From contig RBNJ01000235.1 of NCBI GenBank assembly GCA_003990765.1, positions 1 to 35,879 of the forward strand: a stretch of 35,879 bases of DNA, given 5' to 3'. The notes below the pieces were generated by a model. The model ran no database searches. It had not been told where the DNA came from and saw only the letters and a list, made by a program, of their open reading frames with translations. A program made the position numbers and the translations under genes. Below are positions 20,805 through 32,234 of the stretch, piece by piece. Each line of letters starts with the position of its first letter. The stretch's first letter is position 1. Source of the DNA: Jimgerdemannia flammicorona (lineage: Eukaryota).

Positions 20805-23800
20805 ATTGAATAGTCTTGATGGGGATGTTTTGGGGTATCCTTGAGAGTGCATCGGCATTGGTGTTGGTCTTTCCTGAGTGGTGCTTGACAGTATAGTCAT
20901 ACTCTTGCAGCCTGTAGATCTATCTGGCATATATTCATTTAGAGTTCAGAGTGTGGAATAGCCAGGTAAGAGCAGAGTGGTCTGTTTGAATGGTGAAGTA
21001 TTTCCCAGATAGGTAGTAGTGGAACTTGTCTACTGCCCAAACCACTGCTAAGCATTCAAGCTTATATGACTCATAGTTCTGTTCTGCTCCATAGATACCT
21101 CAGTTTACATAGGAGATGAAATATTCATATCCATCTTTCTTCTGAGCTAGGACTTCTCCAAGTCCTATAGCACTTGCATCTGTCTGCAGGATGAATTCTA
21201 GATTCCAGTCTGGTCTTCTGAGGATAGGTGCTTGGGTCAACCTGGTCTTGAGTTCATTGAAGGTTTCTTGGTGCTCCTTGGTCCATTCAAATTTGGTCTT
21301 CTTCTTCAGTAGCTCATAGATAGGTGCTACAATGTTGAAGTATCCTTTGATAATTCTTCTGTAGTAGCTGGCCAGTCCAAGGAAGGCATGGACTTCTGTA
21401 GTTATTCTGAGTCTTGGGTAGACTGCAACAGCCTCAATCTTCATAAGGTCTGTATAGATTCTGGTCTGGTTGATGAGGTGTCCTAGATAGGCGATTTCTT
21501 GAGCTGCAAACTTAAATTTCTTGGGCTTGATGTAGAGGCCATGCTCCTTGAGCTTCTTGAGGGCTAGCTGTATGTAATTGATATATTCCTATATAGTGTT
21601 GCTGAAGATGATCACATCATCAACATAAACAAAGAGCCATTTTCCAATATCATTGCTGAAGACTCTGTTCATCATTTGCTGGAAACTTGCTAGGGCATTG
21701 TACATTCTAAATGGTATTCGCAGGTAGATATAGGTGGTATCAGGTGTGATGAAGGCTGATTTCTCACTGGCATCTTGAGTGAGACCAATTTGATGGAAGC
21801 CTGAGAACAGATCCAAGGTGGTGTAGTATTTGGCTTTGCTTCTAAGAGTGATAAGGATCTCTTGAATATTTGGCAAGAGCTGTCTATCCTTCTTAGTGAT
21901 GGCATTGAGCTTCCTGTAGTCAATGCAGAGTCTTGGCACAAACTCTCCAGGTTTGCTTCCTTTCTTCAGGGCAAGGACAATGGGTGAGGCCCAGGGGCTG
22001 ATAGCTTGCTTGATGATTCTGACTTCTTCCATTTTCTTGAGTTCTGCTTACAGCCACTCTCTGTAGGCAGGTGGTATGGGTCTGGCTTTCTGGTAGATGG
22101 GCTTGGTATTACCAGTGTCAACTTCATAGTAGTACTTGAGTTCTTGATTGTAGATATCCCTGAAGTCTGTAGCAAGTACTCCTTCATTCTGGTGCAGGAT
22201 CTTGAGAAGTTGTTCCTCCAGGGGAAAGCTTTCTCTAATGGTATATGTGTGCTTGTTCTAATCCTTGTCTTTCTTATGTTCAAGTTTGGTAATCTTGGTG
22301 GTAGCACAGGCTCCTCTTCCAGTAGATCCAAAGCCTTGTTCTCCTCTCTTGGTCTTGATGAGTTTGATGGCTTCAATGATCTTGGGTTTCTTGATTTCAT
22401 AGATCAGCATCTGGCCAATCCTGTCATGCTTCTTGACTTCGAATGGGGTGGTGGGGTTGTGATTCCTGACTATGAGGAAGATCTCACCAGTGTAATTAGG
22501 GTCAATTACTCCTCCTTCAACTGAGATTTCACTTTTGGCCAAACTGCTCCTGGTCTTGATAATTCTGGCATGGTTTTCTGGCAGCTTGACTCCAATTCCA
22601 GTGCCAAGTAGGGTGGTGGTCTGTGGTTCAAGGGTAGCATCTTAAATGCTGGTAAGGTCCATTCCTATGGATCCTTTAGTCTTGTATTCTGGGATCTTGG
22701 CTTCAGGGTGAAACTTCTTGACCTTGAGGGTGATGTCTGATTCTTGTTCCTCCTTATCATCACTGTCAGCTTGAAGCTCTGGGGGCTGGTCATATTCTTT
22801 GGCTTTCCTTTTTGCTTTGGTGGCTTCTTGCTCATGTTTCTGTTGGTGGATTTTCCTGACTTCACTGATACAGGACCAGCAGTCATTCAGGTGTTCAGAG
22901 CAGTACATCCTAGTACCATGGGGGCATCTTCCTTGAGGGGCATACCTATCGATGATCTTGTTGTACCACTGCTCATTTGTGAGCTTGGGTGTTTTGTTCT
23001 TGTTCTTGTTCACCAAGTTCATGAAGACCTCTGTGTTCTCTTCATCTCCTTCCTCCATGTCTGGTAGAACTCTCTTGTGGACATTGATAGAGACTTGTAC
23101 CTTTCTTCCTCTATAGTTGATCTGCATTTTCTGGGCATTGAGGTCAATGATGGCCTTGGCCTTGTGAAGCCATTAGTTGCCAATGAGGATGTCATAGTTG
23201 GTGGTGCTTGTAACAATCACATCTACTGGGATGGTAGCTCCTCTTATCTTAATGGGGACTTCTCGAATTTTGCCAAAGGGGGTAGCTTATGTACCATCTG
23301 CTGTAACATAGACCATCTTGGTGGACTCTTCAATGTCCCAGCCTAGGTGGTTAATTGTCTTCTTGCTCATAAGGTATTCTCCAGCACCAGTATCAATGAT
23401 GGCATCAAAGATACAGTCTTCGATTTGACATAGAGTATAGGCTGATATCTTGCACTAGTCTTCAGATTCTTCACCTAAGTTCTTAGATTCTTCCTGTACA
23501 TTGTGAGCTTCTACAATCTTGTACTCTTGATTCTTAGCAGTAGTTGCAAGTCCTACTCTCAACTGCTATCTGAAGGCAGGGACTTTGACTAGCTATCCAA
23601 AAGTGGCATTGACCTTCTGTTCCTTGAGATTCTTATAGATATCATACTGGTGGATCTTGGTCTTGTGCAGCTTCTGTTCCTTCTTGCTTTCACTTTCTCC
23701 TGAGACTAGAGTAGTATCTTCAATGATTTGGCAGACAGCTTCATCTAACTCTATGTCTTGATCAATCTCCTTGAGTTGGGTCTTGCTTTGAATATTGACA

Positions 23801-24868
23801 GCTGGGGTCTTCTTTGGTCTTCCAACTGGCTTATATTACTCTTCTTATCATAGAGCTTGGACTGGGTTCTGGTACCTTCAGTAGCAGGGTAGAATTCAAG
23901 CTCCTCATAGTATTCTCATCATCAGTGTTACCAATCTCCTTGATGACTACTGTATTGGTTTGTTCTCTGGTTCTGCTAGCATTACTTGGTTGGGCTTTGC
24001 ATCTTGTTTTGGTCATGCAATTCTTTGCATAGTGGCCTTCTTCTCCATATCTGAAGTATGTGATATTGTGTTCTTCTATAGTAGCTGCAAATCTCTGCAC
24101 TGGTCTTCTGTTGGTACTTCAGACTTCTCTAACAACATTACCAAGGTATGCAGTCATCTCAGTGAACTACTTGGCGAGTTCCTCCACTGGGCCAGCTTTG
24201 GCTGTCTTGGGGGTAGGTGGGGTTGGTTGTCTGTTTACAACTATAGCAGGTATGATACTAGTTGGCTTTGATGGCTCTATCTTGATGCTAGTTATTTTCT
24301 CTATTGAGTGTTCAGCAGGGTGTCTGGCAGTCCAATATCTCTGTGCAAAGACTACTTTCTAATCAAGGGTCAGTACAGCTGGGGTAGACTGGATTGCTAG
24401 AGTAATTTCAGGGTGAACTCCTTTGAAGAAGATTGAATCTGCTATTTGTTCTTGAGGTGGTCATCATAGCTAGCCAAGACAATCTGGTGGCAGATTCAGA
24501 TATAGAATGAGTTGGGATCTTCACTAAGTCTCTAGCAGATAGTATTGAGTTGATCCTTGAGAGCTTGCTTGATTTCTTCAGTATAATATGTTGTTCTGAG
24601 GAAGGTCTTTATGTTGGCAAGTGTGGCTGTACCAGCATCAGCAATAGTGGCTGCATTGAACTTATCTCTGGCAGGTCCTCTGAGGCTGACTGGTAGAAGG
24701 GCCAATTGAGCATCCACACCAAGGGCTCATATGGCAGCGAATTGTTCAAAGTCTTCAATGAAGATCAGGATTGACTCTTCAGTAGTATATCCATAGAATG
24801 TGAGGGGGCACATTTCTATCTTATTTTGAATTCTTACAGAAGTGACTCTTGTAGTCAGAGTAGTTGTT
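20797..24868 (-). pseudogene. A3 Gag-PR-dUTPase-RT-RNase H polyprotein pseudogene (start approximate)
   Basis: Track fragments 24717, 23127, 22542, 22032 and 21444 are in one frame; AIIDTGAG, SPWASPIVL, VYVDDVIIFS, QTDASAIGLG, NADALSR. Confidence 0.95.
22318..22730 (-). pseudogene. dut: dUTPase domain within A3 pol
   Basis: GSIGMDL, RSSLAK, GGVIDPNYTGEI, DRIGQML, RGEQGFGSTG = motifs I-V. Confidence 0.95.
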
Positions 24869-24918
24869 GTGGGGGTTGTTCATTTTTTAGCTTGAAAGTG
24901 AGAGATTTGTCTTGAATC

Positions 24919-24936
24919 ACCAGCCAATGGGCACCA
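24919..24936 (-). other. Primer-binding site of A3
   Basis: TGGTGCCCATTGGCTGGT, 3 nt after the 5' LTR. Confidence 0.85.
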
Positions 24937-24939
24937 AGT

Positions 24940-26418
24940 TGTAATGTAGTGGTCACTGAGTCCTTCAAATATACCAGATTCTCTTCAAGGTATATCTCTT
25001 AGACTAACTCAAGTTTGTTATAAGCAAGTTCTTATTGGAGTGCCTTCTCAAGATCTTATAGTCCTCAAACTTCTTATCTTTAACTGTCTTGTTATCTCTT
25101 AGATTGCTTGTAAGGAAGTATGTATAAGTGAAACCAGAACTGACTTTATTTCAGAGGAAATAAGAGGAATATTTATACAAAATATAATTCAATGGTTGCT
25201 AAGATATAAAGCTAAATATAAATTCCAATAACTAAAACTACTAAGTTTCAGGGTCGGTGCTGATGGTTGTACAGGTTCAGGATACTGATATAATTCAGTG
25301 TCACATCAGAATACCAGTATTGAAACAATTTTGTGTCACCTCAGAATACCAGAGCTGGCATTATCTGGTGTAACAAAGAACTTAGAGCAGAAAGTTCAGG
25401 ACCATAGGGGCTTCATCCTCATCATCAGAGGTCAGAATATCTTTGAAGGAGATGAGGTCTGCAAATTTGTTATTTTTATATGCTTCAATGTCACATGGGA
25501 TGATGTCATCACATTCAGTAGCAGGAAGGAGGTCTGGGGCTCTCCAGTCTATGAGGTTCTCTTCTACAAAATAGGGGACAAATGTGGGGTCTTGGGGAGA
25601 TCTAACCTGGATACTTGGGCCTTGGAATACTGAGATCAATCCTTGCAAAAATTGGTCTGAGTTGTCTTGGAGGATGGGGTGCCAGAAGTCTTCTACTTCA
25701 TCACTATTGAGAGTGATAGTGGACTGGGCTTCTGTAGCCACCCTGGCTTCTAGTGCATTGATATGGTGGGATGATAGGTCTCTGAAATCTGAGACTCTAA
25801 CATACTCCAAGTTGGGGATCGACCATGGTGCATGCCTGAAGATCTGATGGATCTTCTTAGCTGTCCTTGTTTTGCATATATCTATAGGAGTGGCATCTTG
25901 TAGCTCTTGAGTGCTGGCCTGTGGGAACTTCTAGCAGAGGAGGTTTCCTATTTCATACTTCTGCCACATTTGGAGATATTCAGTAGCAATGGTGATCCTT
26001 GTTTCTATTTCATAATAGTAGAGGATAAAGTGATAGAGATCTGTAGTACCCAGGTTGACACTAGGAGTTCTTCTTGAGTGGGTCCTTATGGCTCTTCTGA
26101 TGTCTTGGAACATCCTTTCCTCAACTGAGATGCCTTGGTAATTCCTTGACCTTGAGGTTTGGCAGGCAGCAGGCATTTTGTTTGTGATAAGTCTTTGAGC
26201 TATTTTGGGATTAGTGGTTCTTATTGATTGCAGCTACTGTGGTTCCTTAATCCTTCTTTTATATTCTTCAGGATGCTTGTACTGTGGTCATAATGACTCA
26301 CAGTTGGTCACCATTGCTCATCTCATATGCCATATGATCTTCTTGTGCTCTGATCTGGTGGCTTGTAAGGAAAGGCTGTCTCCTGTACTGATGTCATCAT
26401 TCTGGGGTCACTGTTACA
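24940..26418 (-). repeat. A3 5' LTR (1479 bp)
   Basis: TGTAACA...ATTACA on minus strand. Confidence 0.95.
25382..26176 (-). pseudogene. Accessory ORF3 in the A3 5' LTR (264 codons, one premature stop)
   Basis: Track ORFs 25931-26176 and 25382-25810 are in frame; the TAG is TGG/CAG in other copies (ancestral CGG). Confidence 0.85.
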
Positions 26419-27094
26419 CTGTCTATCTATTTTCTTAAGGATGATATGCTGTAGTCTGAATATATTGGATCTTGTACTTCTTATAGAGAATCTCAAAGAA
26501 CTAGTTCACAAATTCTATTTCTCTGTCTATAGTTACTTGTATTGAGGTCTTGAACTGACAGATAATTTCTTTGTGAAAGAAATCAGCAATTAACTATACA
26601 TTAGCTTTCTTGAGGGGTTCTGCCTCTATCCATTTTGTGAAAAGGTTTATGATGATAATGATATATCAGTTACCAGTCAAAGTCAAGGGTAGAGAGCCAA
26701 TTACATCTATTACAATGTAGACAAATAGTACTGGTTCTATGTGTACTGATCTTGGGGCTTAATTTTATTGATCTTGTTTCTGTTTCTAGTATTTTTTACA
26801 GGTCTTGACAAATTGTCTGATATCTTCTTTCATTCCTGGCCACCATATTGTCCTTTTTGCTTTATCATATATGTTCATTTCCCCTAGATGACTAAGTTTA
26901 TATACTGATTTCATTACTTGCTTCTTCTTGTGTTCTGGTATAACTAGTAGCTTTCCTTTCTTCAATATTTCTTCATCAGTTTCAAATTGTTTTCATATTC
27001 TGTTGATAATCATTTATATCTATTCTTCCAAATATTGGGGCATCTTTCACTATCTCAGATAGGTGATCATTCTATAGTAGAGCTCTTTATTCAT
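26419..27094 (-). pseudogene. B integrase, N-terminal part (MNKELYYRMITYL...)
   Basis: HLGEMN...WWPGMKEDIRQFVKT, DVIGSLP, DLFTKWIEAEPL, TTAYHP. Confidence 0.88.
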
Positions 27095-30000
27095 GATTGA
27101 TTTGCTGGTTGGAGGTCCTTCAGAGTATCTATGAGAGGGTATCTACATTGGCATTGGTTCTTCCTGAGTGATGCATAATGGTTATATCATATGCTTGCAA
27201 CTTTATAATCTATCTGGCATAGATTCCTTTGGGTTGTCCAGTGGTCAGTAGCCAAGTGAGAGCTGAGTAGTCTATCTGAATAGTGAAGTATCTTTTGGTG
27301 AGATAGTAGTGGAACTTTTCTATAGTCCAGATAACTATGAGATATTCTAACTTATAAGATTCATATTCTTTTTTGGCTCCTCAGATCCCTCAGCTTAAGT
27401 ATACAATGATATACTCCACTTTGTCATTCTTTTGAGCTAGGACTGCTCCTAGTCTTTGAGTACTTGCATCTGTCTATAGGATAAATTCTTGAGTCCAATT
27501 AGATTTCCTGAGAATAGATGTCTGAATCAATCTGATCTTAAGCTCATTGAATGCTTTTTATTACCTACCAGTCTATTGAAACTTGGTATTCTTCTTGTTG
27601 AGTTCATAGATTTGGCCTACAATATTGGAGAATTCTCTAATAAATCTTCAGTAGTAGGAGGTAAGTCCTATGAAGGCTTGGGCTTCAGTAACTGTGATAG
27701 GCTTTGGGTATGCTGCTACTGCTTGAATCTTGAGAGAGTCTATGTATGTTCTATCTAAATTAATGATATGGCCAAGATAGATAATCTTGATTTCTACAAA
27801 CTTGTACTTCTTGGGCTTAATGTGAAGACCATGCTGTCTCAGCTTCTCTATTATCTGCTAGATGTACTACAGATATTCTTTGGCTGTCTTGCTGTAGATA
27901 ATAATGGCATCTACATAAACTATCATCCATCTTCTCATATTATAGTAGAAGATTTTGTTCATTATTTACTGGAAGCTTACAGGGGTATTGCACATTCTAA
28001 ATAGCATTTGCAGGTAGATATAGATTCCATCTGGAGTGATAAAGGCTGATTTCTCACTTACTATTTCTGTGAGTCCAATTTGGTGGAATCCTGAGTATAG
28101 ATCCAAGATACTATAGTATTGTATTTTATCTTCCAGAGTTATAAGGATGTCATTAATAAGGAGCAGTGATTGGCAATTCTTCTTAGTAACTATGTTGAGC
28201 TTTCTATAATCAACACAGAGTCTTGGGGCAAATTCTCCAGGCTTATTTCCTTTCTTCAGAGTTAGTATAACTGGTAAAGACCAGAGGCTGCCAGTCTCCT
28301 TAATAATACTGGCTTCTTCTATCTATTTGATTTCTTCTCTGAGCCATTCTCAGTAGGCTGGTAGGACAGGTCTTGTCTTCTGGTAAATTAGTTCAGATCT
28401 CCAGTATCTACATCATAATAGTAATGTAGAGTCTTTTCTTTGATATCCTTGAAGTCCATGGTAAGGATATCCTCAAATTTGTAAAGTATTTTCTTGAGCT
28501 CCATCTTGAGTGAGAATTTATTTCCAATAGTATAGCTATACTTATTTGTAGTTTCTTCTTTCTTATGCTTCAGCTTGGTAATCTTAATATAAGTAAATAC
28601 TCTTCTTTCTGTAGATTCAAATCCTTTCTTTCCTCTTTCTGTTTCCTCCAACTTCTTGACTTCTATAATCTTTGGCTAAAGAACTGGGAAGATCAATATC
28701 TATACTAGTCAGTTCTTCTTCTTGATTGGGAATGGAATCATAGAATTGTAGTTCCTAGCAATAAGTAGTATTTCTCCAATATAATCCAAATTGATGACTT
28801 CTTCTTCAATTGTGATTTCACTTCTAGCCAGGTTGCTTCTTATCTTGAGGATCCTGATATAGTCCTTTAGAATGATCACCTCTAGACCAGTTACAAGTAG
28901 AGTGATTGTCTGAGGTTTGAGTACAGTTTTCTCCACTATGGCAATATCTATTCTAGCTATATTTTCTGACTTATATTCTAATAAGACTGTATTAGGATAA
29001 ATCTTCTGAATCTTGATCTTGATTTCTCTTCATTATCACTATCTTTGAAAAGAGCTGATGGTTCATCATCCTCTTCTTCTTTCATTTTCTTTTCTTCTCT
29101 TATCTGTTTCTTGAGGGCCTTCTCTCTTCTTTGGTAATAGATCTCTTTAATTTTACCAGTGCACTGATAATACTCATTGACATGCTTTATACAGTATATT
29201 TAGATCCCATAGAGGCAGACTTCTTGTGGTGCATATCCTTTTATAATCTTCTTGCACCAGTCTTTTTTGCTCATCTATCTGATTTTCTTCTTCTTTTTCT
29301 GAGTTGTTACTATGTAGGCTTTCTCTTGTTCACTCTTTTCTTTCTCTATCTCAGGCAGGACTCTTTTGTTAATATTGATGGAAATTCATATCTTCTATCT
29401 ATAGTAGATAATCTGCATCTTCTGAGTATTTAGATTGATTATTACCTTAGCTTTATGAAGCCACTGGTTACTGATAAGAATGTTATAGTTGGTTGTATTG
29501 ATAATAATTATATCTACTGGAATGATTACTCCTCCAAACTTAATGAAAACATCTCAGATCTTTCCCAGAGGTGTGGCTCTTGTACTATCTGCTGTTATGA
29601 ATACCAATTTGGTTGCTTCTTCAACTTCTCAATCTAGGTAGTCTGCTGCTTTCTTACTGAGGAAGCATTCTTCTATATTGAAGACTCTATCCTCGATTTG
29701 ATAGATTGTATAGACAGAGGTCTTACAGTTATCTTCACTTTCTTCTCCTGAGTCCTTTTGAACATTGTTGGCCTCAGTTATCTTCTATCCTTACTCCTTG
29801 GTTGTTTTAGTAAGTTCAAACCTCATTTGCTATCTGAATGTAGGTATTTCTGCTAGCTGGCTGAAGGTTGCATTGACTTTTTGTTGACTGAGATCCTTGA
29901 AGATATCATACTTAAAGGTCTTGGTTTTGCAAAGCTTCTTCTTCTTTTCTCCTTCACTGGCTGAAGTGGTTCCTCAGATGATATCTTGAATAGCCTGTTC

Positions 30001-30095
30001 TAGCTTCATATCTTGATCTGTTTCTTCATCTTGACTTTCTATAGTAGTCTCTATCTGCTTTTCCACAGGATTCTTCTTGGGTCTCTCTGGTAGTC
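27087..30095 (-). pseudogene. B Gag(C-term)-PR-dUTPase-RT-RNase H pseudogene
   Basis: RPKKNP gag segment, dUTPase RSNLAR/VINLDYIGEI/RGKKGFEST (~28605-29015), RLCVDYRKLN, LDLYSGFHQI, YVDAII, TDASTQ; the PR active-site segment appears deleted (~29675). Confidence 0.88.
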
Positions 30096-30278
30096 TCTTG
30101 TAGAGTTCTTTGCAGATATCCTTCTTACATCTTTCTCTGATAACATTCAGATTATACAACTTTCTGACAATATTCATGACACAGTTTTTGAAGAAAAGAT
30201 ACTAATATTATAGTGACTAATGAGTATTCTAAGAAGCATATTAGACAGGGTGGCTCTGGTGCATTCAACTGACAATAT

Positions 30279-32220
30279 ATGGGGAGGGACCCTGGCTTGG
30301 GGGGAAGCATGAGAGGCCTGCTGATAGGAGGATGTGGAAGGGAAGGGGGCAGTACTGGAGGACAGGGGACTGGGAGAGCAAGCTTCACAGATAAGATAAA
30401 GGGGGGTCAGCAGAGAACTGGACTGGAGGGTTGGCTGAGGAAGGACAAGGAGATAGTAAGGACTGTGGAGCAGTGGCTGCAGGGGGGAGTCTCTCTGGGG
30501 GGCCAGAGTAGTGGGGCTAATAGTGTAGCAGCTGAGGGGGTGACTGCTGATGAGAGCATGATGGGTAATTTGGAAAAAAATCTAGATGGAACTGCTGATG
30601 ATGGACCAAGCTATGGGAAAGACATAAGGCCTAGTGACTTGGCTGATAGTATAATGGGCCTGGCAGTGGCTCCATTACTCAAGAAGTTGATCTTAGAATT
30701 TGTAGTCACTCTGTACTTCTGAGGCTTGACAGTGACAGCAAAGATAGTTTTAGGGCTAATTATAAAGCAGATGGAGGGAGCAGCATTGGTGAAGTTCCTG
30801 AGGGACTTGAAAGAGGTAGAGGTGGGCTTTGAGAAGGCTGAGCTGTTGGAAGCTACACTAAAGATAGAGATAGCTGTTGGAGAGGTATATATTCCAATAG
30901 TATAATACTTGAGATAGGACCCTAGGGTGATACAACTTCTGGTGAAAGGAGTGCTCACAGTGATGGCTATAGAGATGAGGAGAAGAGTAAAGGAGGTCAT
31001 GACTGAGTATAGAGAGGTAGTTGATGTTAGCTTTCAAGTCTGGGAAGAGACTATGTTCAGAACAGGGGATGTTGATGTCCAGCTTTGGCTGGCAGAGAGA
31101 GAGACTACTGGGAAGACTCATGATTGACTATTAGTGATGGTGTGGAGGGCCTTTGTATACAAGGTAATGAGGGTGAAGGAGAGCAAGAAGGAGGAGGAGG
31201 ATTTATTAGAGACATTGGAGGAGATGAGTAGAGTAGTTGAATAGAGGGTGAAGGCTTGAAAGATGTATGTAGAGTTGACATATTTGGAAGTTGTGAATGG
31301 GAAACATATCTACATTGACAAGAAGCTGTGAGAGAGATCTCAAGGGTATAAGAGACAGAAGAAGTTATTGGTGAGCCTGGAAGAAAGGGCAAAGAAGAAT
31401 GCTGGTAGCACTATAGAGTCTGGGGGTTCTGGAGCAAGTGTCTGGGCCAATAAGAGAGAAGAGAATATAGAGAAGAGTCTGGAGGAGGCTGAGAAGATGC
31501 CAAGCAATGATCCATATGTGGATGGTACATTCAAAGTCTGGGAAGACACTCCCTCTCTTATCAGACAGAGTCCAGCTACAAGAGGCTAGGTAGTGGAGGA
31601 TGTACCAATATATGATATCTAGTAGATATATTTTAGAGTTCCTGAGATAGTGAAAGGGGGACAGGTGGTGGTAGTTGACAAGGATGAACTAGTAGATGTC
31701 TCAGAGGAGGAGTGGGATAAGTCTGTGAGTATAGGGGCAGATATATCAATACTGGATACTAGAAGGCCAGCAACTCTAGGGGGGAAGGAGGTGGGAAACC
31801 TTCTTTGGTTGTGCCAGATGATGAACAACTTTGCAGCTAAAGAGTTGAGAGAAGTGGACTTGAGAGTGGTGAGTGATGAGTATTAGGCATGGGTCCTGCA
31901 TAGAGATAGAGTAGTGGAGGCTCTAAAGGCAGAGATACTTGCAATTTTCCTAAAGAAGAAAGGGTATGAGGTTAATAAGGAGAGGGAGGCTGAGCTGACA
32001 GTTGTTGCTGGTGAGCAGGTAGCCTTTTGTTGGGCTGAGCATTATGGATTGTAGCTCTGGCAGAAGGCCTGCCTAGAGTATTATGAGGAATTTGAGGAAA
32101 AAGAGGATGGAGAGATGGCTGAACTTCTGGTTGGATTAGAGGCAAAGACAGCTAAAGAGGAGGAATTGGCTGCAGAACATAACTTAGACTTGACACAAGA
32201 GGAGATAAGTGTGGATTTAT
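30279..32220 (+). pseudogene. Putative LINE ORF1 remnants
   Basis: Series of plus-strand fragments (30279, 30927, 31368, 31650) upstream of ORF2; no diagnostic motif recognised. Confidence 0.5.
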
Positions 32221-32234
32221 AGAAGATAAGCTTA

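Larger units (their letters stand above)
17751..26418 (-). mobile_element. Ty3/Gypsy family A copy 3, structurally complete (8668 bp)
   Basis: Two TG...CA LTRs, PBS, PPT, CTGT duplicated at 17747-17750 and 26419-26422. Confidence 0.97.
16286..30095 (-). mobile_element. Ty3/Gypsy family B element, split by A3 (17751-26418); 5' part cut off near the LINE
   Basis: Removing A3 and one TSD copy rejoins the integrase in frame; diverged homolog of family A with a different LTR; right boundary approximate. Confidence 0.88.

Noticed and set aside
22006..22524. Long hydrophobic antisense ORFs (also 13544-14379, 22744-23346, 25298-25633, 19031-19255)
   Set aside because: Shadow frames opposite A-rich coding strands; they recur only because the element is repeated and carry no motifs
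25382..26176. ORF3 as an env gene
   Set aside because: No signal peptide, furin site or transmembrane segment visible; short and acidic
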